A stretch of 64,000 nt of DNA from an uncultured Candidatus Rokubacteria bacterium (GCA_963789955.1 CAWBMV010000020.1:64001-128000), one strand, 5' to 3'. Positions 52,765-63,183 are shown, counted from the first letter of the stretch. Made by a program: numbers and translations. The notes: a model not told the origin generated them from the letters alone.

Positions 52765-53899
52765 CGTCAGCTCCTCCCGCGGTACGGATCTGGTAAAGAC
52801 GGCGCTGGGCGCCGGCAAGCGTGCGCGCCCGCTCGTGGCATTGCTTCCACTCGCCCTCGCCGCGTTCGAGCAGGTTGTCGCCATGGCAGCGGTTGCAGAA
52901 CCCGACGACCTCGCAGGAGGAGCACTCCGGCAGGTCGGCGTAGTGCTGGACCGACAGAAGATCCCGGATCGCCGGCGGCGGGGCCGTCCAGAGCTCGCGG
53001 AACGGCGTTTGCCGCACGTTGCCCATGGGGACGCGAAACGCGATGCACGGGAACACGTTGCCGTACGGATCGATGCAGCAGCCATTCGTCGCGGGTCCGC
53101 ACGTGGCGCGCTGGCGGGCAACGTCCTCGGGGCGGCCTTCCTGCGGCTCGAGCTGCTCGCTCCACGTCGACTCGCGGAGGTACCGGAGCAGCTCGTCGCC
53201 GTCGAGCTGATACTCCTGCGGCACGTGACCATCGCGCGGCACAGCGCCGTCGATCCGGGGGCTCACCTCGCAGCTATAGGTGTGAGTGAACACGCCGAGG
53301 TCCTTGCCGAGCCGGTCGAGCTTCGCGAGGCCGTCGATGTTCGGCTTCATCACGACGGTTTTGAGGTAGACGCGCAGGCCGTGGCGCTGCAGGCGCTCGA
53401 CCGCGGCCATGAGCCTCCGGAAGGAGCCCGGCACGCGGGTGATCGCATCGTGCACCGCCGGATCCGCGGAGAAGATCGACAGCTCGACGGTCAAGGGCTC
53501 GAGCGCCGCCAGCCGCTCGACCTTCGCCTCTGTGAGGCCGATCCCGTTGGTGAAGATCCGGTACGCGAAGCCGCGCCGGCGCGCATGCTCGGCAATGTCG
53601 AAGAAGTCGGGCCGTACCATGACCTCGCCGCCCGAGAGCGTCAGATAAAGCCCGCCCATGCCGGCCAACTCGTCGAGGAGCCTGCGGATCTCGTCGAGCG
53701 TGAGCTCGTGGCGGCGCACCTCCTGCTCGCGACCGTGCTCGACCACGCAGTAGCAATGGACGCACTGCTCGTTGCACCGGTAGGTGAGCTCGAGATGGAC
53801 GTTGAGGGGCGTCCGATTCCGGTCCGCCTTGGCGCTGATCAGCGCCATCAGCGAGGCATCGCCGAGTCCCGCGTTCTGAGCGCAGCCTTCGAAGATCAT
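52712..53899 (-). CDS. Radical SAM/SPASM domain peptide maturase
   Basis: CNEQCVHC (CxxxCxxC), SGGE, FTNG; SPASM C...IDPYGNVFPC...CSSCEVVGFCNRC...C; ATGA-coupled to the PqqD gene. Confidence 0.93.
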   Translation of the reverse strand: MIFEGCAQNAGLGDASLMALISAKADRNRTPLNVHLELTYRCNEQCVHCYCVVEHGREQEVRRHELTLDEIRRLLDELAGMGGLYLTLSGGEVMVRPDFFDIAEHARRRGFAYRIFTNGIGLTEAKVERLAALEPLTVELSIFSADPAVHDAITRVPGSFRRLMAAVERLQRHGLRVYLKTVVMKPNIDGLAKLDRLGKDLGVFTHTYSCEVSPRIDGAVPRDGHVPQEYQLDGDELLRYLRESTWSEQLEPQEGRPEDVARQRATCGPATNGCCIDPYGNVFPCIAFRVPMGNVRQTPFRELWTAPPPAIRDLLSVQHYADLPECSSCEVVGFCNRCHGDNLLERGEGEWKQCHERARTLAGAQRRLYQIRTAGGADDGNPGQAALREAHARAE

Positions 53900-54192
53900 C
53901 GGCTCTCTCCCTTGCGCCGGCGCTCGATGGAGACCAGCTTGGCGTCGGCGAGCCGTTCGAGGAACTCGATCGCGTCGGCACGAATCGTCGGCTCGGGCGC
54001 TTCGAACTCGGCCGCGAGCACGCCGACGATCTCGTCCACGCTCCGCGCGCCGTCGCACAGATCCCAGATCCGCGCACCGACGCTGTTGAGAGGGTAAAGC
54101 AATCCGCCTTTGACGTCTACGACGAGAGCCTCCGTGTCGAGCGTCCGCCACGGCACCGATTTGCGCACGGGAAACGCGTCAGTCCCGTCCAT
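53896..54192 (-). CDS. PqqD family RiPP recognition element (RRE)
   Basis: LYPLNSVGARIWDLCDGARSVDEIVGVLAAEFE...IRADAIEFLERLADAKLV. Confidence 0.92.
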   Translation of the reverse strand: MDGTDAFPVRKSVPWRTLDTEALVVDVKGGLLYPLNSVGARIWDLCDGARSVDEIVGVLAAEFEAPEPTIRADAIEFLERLADAKLVSIERRRKGESR

Positions 54193-54982
54193 CGAGATAG
54201 CTCCAGAGCGCGGGCTCCGGTTTGAACGCGAGCTCCCACGTGGGCACCGTCGCGACGAGCGTGGCGAGCGTCTCGAGGAGTCGCGTGGTCACGCGGTCGT
54301 CGCGTTTGGGCAGCATGACCTCCGGGAACGCGCGGGCGACCGCCTCCGAGGCCGGCAGTCGCCGGCGGGCGAAGTGATCGGCCTTGCGAAGAAAGCACAG
54401 ACCACGAATCGGGGCGCGCTCGTTCGTGCGAGCCATGGACGGGCCGCCGGATCCATAGAAGGGCGTCGCGCAGGCCTCCCAGCCTCGCGGGCCGGGACGT
54501 AGCGCGATCGTCTCGTCGTTGAGCACGGGCCGGTCGCCCGCGAGGCCGGCGATGGTGGTCTTGCCGCTGCCCGAGGGACCTGAGAAGACCCACGCGCGAC
54601 CTCCGTCGACGACGGAGGACGCGTGGAGCAGGACCCCACCTTTTTGCATGAGGAGGAAGCTGCACAGGAGCCGGAACAGGTCGGGATTCAGCGCCGGTCC
54701 GGGGCCAGCACGGAAATCCACCCGGCGGCGTCCGAGATCGCCGTGCGCTCGAGAAGGATGGCTTGCGAGCGCGAAGCGACCCCCCTCCCACGTCGCCGAC
54801 GGGCGCGGCGTGCGGCCCGGACGATAGCGCTCGGTCGCCCGCACGCGTACTCCGAAGGTCGGCGCCCGTCGTGACAAGAACGGACCGTATCGATCCTCCA
54901 CCCACGCGCGCGCGGTGGCGCCGAGACCCGCGACGCCGAACACGACGCCCGCGACCTCGATCCGCGGAGTCCGTTCAGCCAA
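54179..54982 (-). CDS. HprK-related P-loop kinase (ScmC-like/RiPP-associated)
   Basis: GVLLHASSV, GPSGSGKTT (Walker A), VLNDE, TPF.G. Confidence 0.85.
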   Translation of the reverse strand: MAERTPRIEVAGVVFGVAGLGATARAWVEDRYGPFLSRRAPTFGVRVRATERYRPGRTPRPSATWEGGRFALASHPSRAHGDLGRRRVDFRAGPGPALNPDLFRLLCSFLLMQKGGVLLHASSVVDGGRAWVFSGPSGSGKTTIAGLAGDRPVLNDETIALRPGPRGWEACATPFYGSGGPSMARTNERAPIRGLCFLRKADHFARRRLPASEAVARAFPEVMLPKRDDRVTTRLLETLATLVATVPTWELAFKPEPALWSYLDGRD

Positions 54983-55736
54983 CGGCCACGCCTTCGGTCA
55001 GCGGATTGGACGCGTCAAGCCCGCGGCAGCGCAGGACCGCCACGACGCGGGTCGCGAGGTCGAGGGTGCGCTCGACGGCGGGGCGCCGCCGGTCGGCTTG
55101 CCAGATCGAAGGGAGCAATGCGCGCACCGCCTCGGCCGCACTCAGCGGTTCCTGGCCGCCGGGCAACCCGAGCGTCGTCGCGCGCCAGCCGTTCGCAGGC
55201 CGCGGGCCGTCGCCGACGAGAAACGGCGTCACAAGGACGGCGACGTGGTCCGCCGTGGGCCTCACCGCAAACCAACCAGCAGTCGCGGACGAAGGTATCG
55301 CCCAAGCCGGCAGCCCGCAGATAAGAGTCGCTGATTCGGTAGGGCCGAAGCAGGCGGCCTGAACGAGCAAGGTCTCGCACTCGGCGAGCCACAGCGCGGT
55401 CAGGGTCCGCATGAGGCCGGCGACGTCGAATCCCGCCGCTATCTTGACGGTGACACGACCGCCCGGCACGTCGACGACCGCCCGGTAGTAGCCCGTCGAC
55501 ACGCGAAGATTCCGACCGCGACGGCTCACGGTGGCCGCGTCGGCGACCGTGTCGCCGACCGATCGCCAGCCGTGGCGCCCGTCGCGCTCCTCGTAGTCGA
55601 TTCGCACGGTCACGTCGGGCCGACGGCACGTGATGAATGCGGGATGGTTTCGAGCCCAGAACCCGGGCTTCGGGAAGGGACAGGACAGCTGAAAAACGAT
55701 ACCCGCGACGTCGACCTTGTCGGTGTGGCGCCTCAC
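54975..55736 (-). CDS. Degenerate HprK-related paralog lacking the P-loop
   Basis: Same N-terminal layout as 54179-54982 (VDVAGIVF vs IEVAGVVF), LLVQAAC in place of LLHASS, TPF and AEAVRALLP retained, no GxxGxGKT. Confidence 0.6.
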   Translation of the reverse strand: MRRHTDKVDVAGIVFQLSCPFPKPGFWARNHPAFITCRRPDVTVRIDYEERDGRHGWRSVGDTVADAATVSRRGRNLRVSTGYYRAVVDVPGGRVTVKIAAGFDVAGLMRTLTALWLAECETLLVQAACFGPTESATLICGLPAWAIPSSATAGWFAVRPTADHVAVLVTPFLVGDGPRPANGWRATTLGLPGGQEPLSAAEAVRALLPSIWQADRRRPAVERTLDLATRVVAVLRCRGLDASNPLTEGVAVG

Positions 55737-56178
55737 GCCCGCGGCCGCGCGCGGCAGCGCGTACCAGCCACGCCGCCGCTCCGAAGGAGCGCGCGGCCGT
55801 GAAGATCGCCAGCGCCCGTTGGCGGAGCGTCGACAGGTCGACGGTGACGCCGCGACGCTCGAACGCCGTCACGATGCCGAGGATCTGCGGCGCGGTCACC
55901 ACCTCCGGCCCGACACCGCGATTGTCCGCGCGGGTCAGCAGCGCGGCGCCGCGCCGGCCGATCACGCGGTGACACACGAGGGTGCCCTCGCTCTCGTACG
56001 CGAGCAGATCGCCGAATCGCGCAGGCGCCGGAGGCGTGACGAAGATCCACGCGCCCGCACCGAGCAGGGGTCGCATGCTCCGGCCGCGTATCGGCAACCA
56101 GACCGACTCGCCGGCCCCGAGGCGTTCGCGGAGGATCTCGGTCACGACCGGTCGCCAGACGGCGGCGGGGCTCGACAT
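55733..56178 (-). CDS. S24/S26 family peptidase (signal-peptidase-I-like); 3' end uncertain (likely indel)
   Basis: GRSMRP (catalytic Ser), GD, VCHRV, RADN, ILGIV. Confidence 0.8.
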
Positions 56179-56229
56179 ATCGCCTCATCCTACCCCGAAT
56201 CATCGCCGCCCTCTGCTACCATCGCGCGC

Positions 56230-57846
56230 GTGACCGCCGCGACCCGCTGGCCCGAAGCCCACGCGTCGCGCGGGCTCGTCGCGACCCCGCACGCGCTCGC
56301 TTCCGAGGCCGGGCTGGCGATCCTCGCGCGCGGCGGCAACGCCGTGGACGCCGCGATCGCAGCCGGCGCAGCGATCGCCGTCGTCTATCCGCACATGAAC
56401 GGGGTCGGCGGGGACAGCTTCTGGCTGATCTACGACGGGCGCCATCGCCGGCTGCGCGCGCTGAACGCGGCGGGCCGATCGGCGGCGGCGGCCGATCTCG
56501 AGCAATATCGCGCGCGCTTCGGCGTAGCGATTCCGGTGCGCGGCGGGGTCGCGGCGCTGACGGTGCCCGGCGTCGTCTCGGGCTGGTGGGCGGCCCACGC
56601 GCTGAGCCGCGACTCGCTGGGCTCCCCCATCACCTGGAGCACGCTGCTCGAGGCGGCGATCCATCACGCGCGCGACGGCTTCCCGCCGTCACAAAGCCAA
56701 GGTCGCGAGACCGCCGACGCCACGGATCTCTTCGGTGACGCGACGCCGGCCGACCTCCGCGAGTCACTCTGGCCCGTCTTTCATCCCGAGCTCTTGAAGC
56801 GCGAGCGGTTCGTCCAGGCGGATCTGGCGTCGACCCTGGAAGAGATCGCCCGGAGCGGGGGTGACGCGTTCTATCGCGGCGCGCTCGCTCGCCGCCTCGC
56901 TCGAGCCGCTGGTGCCGCCGGCAGCCTCCTGACCGCCGACGATCTGGCGCGCCACCGGCCCGAGTGGGTCGAGCCGCTGCGCATTCCCTACCGCGGCGGC
57001 GAGGCCACGAGCTTTCCGCCGCCGACCCAGGGTTTCGCCGCGCTCGCGATCCTGTCGCTGCTCGAGGGGTTCGAGATCAAGTCCCTGGCCGAGGCCGACT
57101 ACGTGCACCTCGTCGTCGAAGCGACGAAGCTCGCGTTCGAGGACCGCGATCGCTATCTCGCCGATCCGACGGTCGCGTCCGTTCCGGTCGCCCAGTGCCT
57201 CGATCCGGCGCGCCTCGCCGAGCGCCGCCGGCGAATCTCGCGACGGGCCGCGATGCCGGCCGCCGGACCGGCCGCGAAGGGCGACACGATCGCCATCGTC
57301 ACCGCGGACGCGCAGGGGAACGCGGTGTCACTGATCCAGAGCCTCTACTGGGAATTCGGCTCGGGCGTGGTCGCGGGCGACACCGGCGTCCTTCTTCAGA
57401 ACCGGGGCGCGTTCTTCTCGCTCGACCCGGGGCACGTGAATTGCCTGGCGCCGCACAAGCAGACGGCGCACACCTTGATCCCGTCCATGTACCTCGTCGA
57501 CGGACGTCCGCGTCTCGTCTACGGCACGATGGGCGGAGAGGGCCAGCCGCAGACGCAGGCGGCCCTCGTCACGCGCATCGTCGATCGCGGACTCGGTCCA
57601 CAAGCGGCGGTCGAGGCGCCGCGCTGGCTCTTCGGGCGAACCTGGGGCGAGGAGACCCGCTCGCTGAGGCTCGAGGATCGATTTGGCGACGACGTCCGGG
57701 ACGCGCTTCGCGAGCGGGGGCACGAGGTGGAGATCGTCGAAGGTTGGAGCGATCTGATGGGCCACGCGCAGGTCATTCGTCTCGACGCGACCGGACTCAC
57801 CGGCGCTTCGGATCCACGCGCCGACGGGGCGGCTCTCGGCTTCTAG
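56230..57846 (+). CDS. ggt: Gamma-glutamyltransferase family protein
   Basis: GGNAVDAAIA, GVGGDSF, TVPG, PPPTQG, autocatalytic Thr in GDTIAI, LQNRG, GTMGGEGQPQ, SDPRADG. Confidence 0.92.
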   Translation: MTAATRWPEAHASRGLVATPHALASEAGLAILARGGNAVDAAIAAGAAIAVVYPHMNGVGGDSFWLIYDGRHRRLRALNAAGRSAAAADLEQYRARFGVAIPVRGGVAALTVPGVVSGWWAAHALSRDSLGSPITWSTLLEAAIHHARDGFPPSQSQGRETADATDLFGDATPADLRESLWPVFHPELLKRERFVQADLASTLEEIARSGGDAFYRGALARRLARAAGAAGSLLTADDLARHRPEWVEPLRIPYRGGEATSFPPPTQGFAALAILSLLEGFEIKSLAEADYVHLVVEATKLAFEDRDRYLADPTVASVPVAQCLDPARLAERRRRISRRAAMPAAGPAAKGDTIAIVTADAQGNAVSLIQSLYWEFGSGVVAGDTGVLLQNRGAFFSLDPGHVNCLAPHKQTAHTLIPSMYLVDGRPRLVYGTMGGEGQPQTQAALVTRIVDRGLGPQAAVEAPRWLFGRTWGEETRSLRLEDRFGDDVRDALRERGHEVEIVEGWSDLMGHAQVIRLDATGLTGASDPRADGAALGF

Positions 57847-59058
57847 CTCAGCGGCAGCTCCCGCTCGAAGACCGTGAACGGGAGAGCGGCGCGCGGCGTC
57901 GAGGGCCTGGCGGATTTGCGCCTCGCCGCGGCCGGCGCCCTGCTGGAGCAAGGTCTCGAAGAAGGCCACGTAGAACGCGTCCGGCTCGACGACGACGGCC
58001 ACCCGCGCCCGCAGTCCGGTCGCGTCGATCGTCGTCCGATAGGTGAGCGTCGTGCTCTTGCCGGGCATGAGGCGGGTGTCGAAGAGCTCGCGCGAGAGGT
58101 CGAGGGCCACCTCCGCGACCGATGATCTGCTCCCGCCGGCTGCCGGCGACGACCTGGCCGGTATCGTCGACCAGCTCGAGCGCTCAGGACCACGCGCGGC
58201 GTGACGTACGTCGGCAACGCGTGGCCGATGCGCGTGCTGCTCACCCGGAGCGTGACGAGCGCGAGCTCGCCGGGGCGATAGCGCGGGGCCCCCGCCTTGG
58301 CCTCGATCGTGAGCCCGGACCGCACCATGCTCGAGATCGTGGATCCCGCGCCAGCGGTGGCGCCGGTCGGGCATGTGGCAGTCCTGGCACTGCACGCCCT
58401 GGCGCGCGAAGCGGCTCGCCTTCCACTCGTCGTAGGTCGCCTGGAGCAGCTTGCCGTTGAGCGCGAACCCGTCGGGCGTGAACTGGTGGCAGCCCCGGCA
58501 GAACTCGGCCTTGAGGAACGCCGGCGTTCGCGTCACGCCGTTGTGGGGCAAGGTCTCATGCGGGGCGCCGCTCGCCAGCGAGCCGTCTCGCCGGGGCGGG
58601 CCGAAGCGTTCGTGGCCCCGGACGTGACAGCCCGCGCACGGCACGCCCCGGCCCGCGAGCGAGGCGTCGTAGTCCGGGTTCTCGCGAAGCTCGCGGCCCA
58701 CGGCCGCGAAGGGTCCCTGCTCGGCGAGCGGGGCGTGACAGACGAGACACGCGTGCGCCGACGACGGATCGCTCTCCCGCATCTCGACGAGCTGGCCGGC
58801 GACACCGGGTCCGCTCGCGGCGGCGTGCAGGCTCTCGCGCCAGTCGGCGAGCTGCGCGGGATGGCAGGTCCCGCACGACTCCGGCTGGAGCGAGGCTTCC
58901 AGCGGCGAGAATCGCGCCGGCGGCGCGCCTTGCGGCGCCAGCGGCTGGCGCCAGTGCCGTCGGATGAAATCCTGGATCGCGTCGGCGCCGGCGGCCGCCG
59001 CGGCCCCGAGCAGCACGGTCGCGGCCGCCGCGCACGCGAGACGGAAGCGAAGTCGCAT
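57843..59058 (-). CDS. Periplasmic multiheme cytochrome c (5 CxxCH) with C-terminal beta domain; frameshifted 3' part
   Basis: Signal peptide; CGTCH, CLVCH, CAGCH, CRGCH, CQDCHMP. Confidence 0.88.
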
Positions 59059-59137
59059 CGACGGGATGCATGATAGCGTGCGCCGACTGCTGTACAGTAG
59101 GATCCGCAGTCATCCTGACCGCTTCCGGAGAACGCTG

Positions 59138-61695
59138 GTGGATCCGTATCGCCTGCCGCGACACGTGCGACCGACCCGGTACGATCTGCGCCTCGAGCCC
59201 GATCTGGCGACCCTGACGTTCACGGGCGACGAGACGATCACGCTCGAGATCCAGGAGCCGACCGCGGAGGTGGTGCTCAATGCCGTGGACCTCGCGTTCG
59301 GCGAGGCGACGCTCGCGAACGCGCGCGGCGAATCGCTGCGCGGAACGCCGGTCGTCGACGAGGCCGCCGAGCGCTGCCGCATCGCGTTTCCGTCGCAGAT
59401 CGCGCCGGGTACCTGGCGGCTGCGCCTCGCCTTCACCGGCACCTTGAACGACAAGCTGCGCGGCTTCTACCGGTCGAGCTACAAGGATCCGACCGGCGAG
59501 GCGCGGCTGATGGCCGCCACCCAGTTCGAGGCGACCGATGCGCGCCGGGCGTTTCCGTGCTGGGACGAACCGGCCTTCAAGGCCGTGTTCGCGGTGACGC
59601 TCGTGATCGATCCGACGCTGACCGCGGTGTCGAACACGTCGATCGTCGGCGAGCGCGTCGAGCGCGGCCGGAAGGTCGTGACCTTCGCCGACACGATGAA
59701 AATGTCGACCTATCTGGTGGCGTTCGTCGTCGGCGAGCTCGAGGCCACCGACGCGATGATGGTCGGCCGGGCCCCGGTCCGCGTCTGGTGCGTCCCGGGC
59801 AAGCGTCATCTGGCCGCGTTCGGCCACGAGATCGGCGTCGCCTCGCTGCGATTCTTCGAGGAGTACTACGGGCTGCCGTATCCGAGCGACAAGCTCGACC
59901 TGCTCGCGATTCCGGACTTCGCGGCTGGGGCCATGGAGAACCTGGGCGCGATCACCTTCCGGGAGACCGCGCTCCTGGTCGACGCCCGCGCTGCGTCCCA
60001 CTCCGAGCTGGAGCGGGTCGCCGACGTGGTCGCGCACGAGAACGCGCACATGTGGTTCGGCGATCTGGTGACGATGACGTGGTGGAACGGCATCTGGCTC
60101 AACGAGGCGTTCGCCACGTTCATGGAGATCCTCGCGGTCGACGCCTGGAAGCCCGAGTGGCAGCGCTGGACGACGTTCGGCGTCTCGCGCGCCGCCGCCC
60201 TCTCGGTCGACGGGCTGCACTCGACGCGCCCGATCGAGTTTCGCGTCGAGGCCCCGCGCGACGCCGACGCGATGTTCGACGTGCTCACCTACGAGAAGGG
60301 CGCGTCGGTGCTGCGCATGCTCGAGCAGTATCTCGGCGCGACGGTGTTCCGTGACGGCGTGCGCGAGTACCTCCGGCGCCACGCCTACGCCAACGCCGAG
60401 ACCGGCGATCTCTGGGCCGCGCTCGGGCGGGCCGCGAACCAGCCGATCCCCGAGGTGATGGACGCCTGGATCTTCCAGCCCGGCTATCCGCTCGTGAGCG
60501 CCCGGCTCGACGGCAACCAGCTCGTGCTGAGCCAGCAGCGCTTCACCTATTTGCCGGAGCCCCTGCCCGGCTCGACGCCTTCGCCGCGCGAATCAGCAGT
60601 GGCAGGTGCCGGTGCAGGTCCGCTTCAACGCCGCGGGGCGCGTATCGACGGAGCGGCGGCTCCTCGCGGGCGGCGAAGCCCGCGTGCCGGCTCCCGAACG
60701 CCTCGAATCCGTCCTCGTCAACGACGGCGGCCACGGCTTCTACCGCGTCCGCTACAGCGGCGAGCTGCTCGAGCGCCTCCTCGGCGGGCTCGAGCGGCTC
60801 GGCGGCATCGAGCGCTTCAACCTCGTCAACGACGCGTGGGCGGTGACGGTGGCCGGCCACATGGCCGTGACCGACTATCTCGAATTGACCGACGCGCTTC
60901 CGCGGCGAGCGCGATCGCAACGTGTGGTCGGTGCTGATCGCCTCGTTCTCGATGTTGAACCGTATCGCGGAGCCGGCGCAGCGGCCGCGACTCGCCGCAC
61001 TCGTCCGCGACCGCGTCGCGCCGGCCTTCACCGAGCTCGGCTGGACACCGCGAGCCGGAGAAGACGAGCTCACGCGCCAGCTCCGCGGCGACCTGGTGCG
61101 CGTGATGGGCGCGCTCGGCGACGATCGGGCCGTGCAGGCGCGGGCCACCGAGCTCTACGCGAAGGCGGCGGCCGAGCTCGATCCCAACGTCCTGCCCGCC
61201 ATCATCGGCGTGCTCGCGCACGCGGGCGACGGGGCGCGTTACGACGAATTTCTGAAGAAGTTCCAGTCCGCGGCGACGCCTCAGGAGGAGCAGCGCTTCC
61301 TCTACGCGCTGGCCGCCTTCCGCCAGCGCGAGCTGCTGACCCAGACGCTCGCCCGCGCGATCAACGGCGAGTTCCGGACCCAGGACGCACCGTTCGTCGT
61401 GCGCTCGCTGCTCACGTCCGTGTACGGGCGCGAGCTCGCCTGGGAGTTCGTGAAGACCAACTGGGACACGATGGAGCGGCAGTACCCGAAGGCGGGACTC
61501 CGGCGACTGGCCGAGGGCGTCGTCGGGCTCGCGACGCCGGAGCTCGAGCGGGACGTCCACGCCTTCTTCCAGGCCCGCCGGCCCGAGTTCGGCGGCAAGA
61601 CCCTGGAGCAATACCTGGAGCAGCTTCGCATCGCGGTCCGCCTGCGCGAGCGCGAGTCGACGGCGCTCACCACCTATCTGGCGCGATTCGCCTGA
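59138..61695 (+). CDS. pepN: M1 family zinc aminopeptidase with ERAP1-like C-terminus (frameshifts ~60590, ~60900)
   Basis: TQFE..DARRAFPCWDEP, GAMEN, HENAH...NEAFA (HExxH-x18-E), YEKG. Confidence 0.93.
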
Positions 61696-61737
61696 GGGAC
61701 ATCGACGGATCTATCACGACGCCCGCTGGAGCGGGCG

Positions 61738-62082
61738 TTAATCCGCCGCGTCCGGCGCGTAGCGGAGAACTCGTACCTTCTCCATCGTGACCAGACCGCC
61801 CTTCATGAGGCGGTCGATCTCCGGCAGCACTGCCGCCAGATGCTCCTCGCTGTCCACGACCTCGATCACGAGCGGGAGATCCTCCGAGAGCCTCAGGATG
61901 TTCGCGGTGTGGATTACCGAATTGGCGCCGAAGCCGGCGACGCCTTTGAGAACGGTCGCGCCGGCCAGCCCCCGAGCTCGCAGCAGCTCGAGCAGCGCGG
62001 TGTGCAGCGGTCGGTGACCGGCTCGATCGGACTCTCCGACGAACAGGCGCATCAGAACTTGCTCCCCGTCGATCTTCCGCAT
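61738..62082 (-). CDS. DUF190 (PII-like) protein
   Basis: RLFVGESD, GLAGATVLKGVAGFG, LSEDLPLVIEVVD; downstream of crcB. Confidence 0.9.
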   Translation of the reverse strand: MRKIDGEQVLMRLFVGESDRAGHRPLHTALLELLRARGLAGATVLKGVAGFGANSVIHTANILRLSEDLPLVIEVVDSEEHLAAVLPEIDRLMKGGLVTMEKVRVLRYAPDAAD

Positions 62083-62084
62083 GA

Positions 62085-62474
62085 CTACACCTGCACTCCG
62101 ACGATCTGCCTGCCCACCGCGATACCGAGAAAGCACACGCCCAGGCAGACTGCGGTCGTCACCAGGACATTGACCCACGCCTCACCCCACGCGCCCATCT
62201 GCGCCAGTCGAACCGTCTCGTAGCTGAACGACGAGTACGTCGTGAGACCGCCCATGATGCCCACGGTCAGGAACAGCCGCGTCGTGTCCGGTATGAGCAG
62301 GCTCGCGTGCCGATCTGCTGGATCAGACCGATGAGGAAGGAGCCGACGATGTTGACGATCAGGGTGCCGTACGGGAAATCGGCGCCGAGCCACCGCGCCG
62401 CCAGGCCCGACGGTCAGATAACGCAGGCCCGCCCCGATCGCGCCACCGAGGCAGATCACTAGGAAGCGTTCCAC
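62085..62474 (-). CDS. crcB: Fluoride efflux channel CrcB/Fluc (frameshifted)
   Basis: GGAIGAGLRY, FPYGTLIVNIVGSF (other frame), TVGIMGGLTTYSSF. Confidence 0.88.
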   Translation of the reverse strand: MERFLVICLGGAIGAGLRYLTVGPGGAVARRRFPVRHPDRQHRRLLPHRSDPADRHASLLIPDTTRLFLTVGIMGGLTTYSSFSYETVRLAQMGAWGEAWVNVLVTTAVCLGVCFLGIAVGRQIVGVQV

Positions 62475-62500
62475 CGATCGCGTCCCCCGGTCATACGCCG

Positions 62501-63183
62501 TTAGTCGATCTCGATCGGCTCGTCGACGATACACGGTGTACGTGCGCGGCCGGCCGCGCTCGCCGTCGTCGGGTCGACGTACATGATGGACGTTCGGCCG
62601 CGGATCTCGCGCGGGAGGATCGCGACGCGAACGAAGCTGGTGGCCTCGTCCTTCGACGCGCGCGCCAGCACGGGCTCGCGTCCGCTCTCGAACCACGCGC
62701 CGCCCGGTGTCACCGTCCTGCGCGGGTGTCTCGCCCACGGTGACCTCGAGGGTCGCCGGCGATCAGACAGCGAATGCCTCCGCCGCGGTGCCGGTGCGGG
62801 AGCGCGACGCCGCCGGGCGCGAAATCGACGCGGTCGGCGCGCATCAGGTATTCGGCGCGCGGGTCGAGCTCGATCGCGTGCTCGAGGAGCACGTTCGTCT
62901 TGCCGCCCGCGACCGTTTCGGGGGCCGCGGCGCCGCGCTTCAGCTCGTAGCGCAGCACGCTGCCGCCCGCCTCACCCGCAACGACCTGGCAGGCGTGCGC
63001 GCCGTGCCACGCCTCACCCTCGGACAGGCGCGTCTCGCGCGCCGGGCTCGTGACCGTCACGCTCCCACGCCGGACGAAGAGGACGCGGTTCAACGCGCCG
63101 AACGCGCCGCGACCGGCTCTCGGCAACGTGTCTTCGCACACACTCAGCGTGAAATCACGATCTCCGGGAGGCACGGGCGTCAT
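62501..63183 (-). CDS. Cupin-domain protein (frameshift ~62750)
   Basis: VDFAPGGVALPHRHRGGGIRCLIAG, PGGAWFESG. Confidence 0.75.

Noticed and set aside
51422..56178. Lasso peptide or PQQ biosynthesis cluster
   Set aside because: No asparagine-synthetase-like cyclase or B2 protease. No pqqB/pqqC, and the peptide lacks the ExxxY core of PqqA.
56230..61695. GGT and M1 aminopeptidase as part of the RiPP cluster
   Set aside because: They are divergently transcribed, widespread housekeeping families. Adjacency alone is insufficient without synteny data.
62475..62500. Fluoride riboswitch upstream of crcB
   Set aside because: The intergenic gap is only ~26 nt and lacks the GGCGATGG...CGCC consensus.
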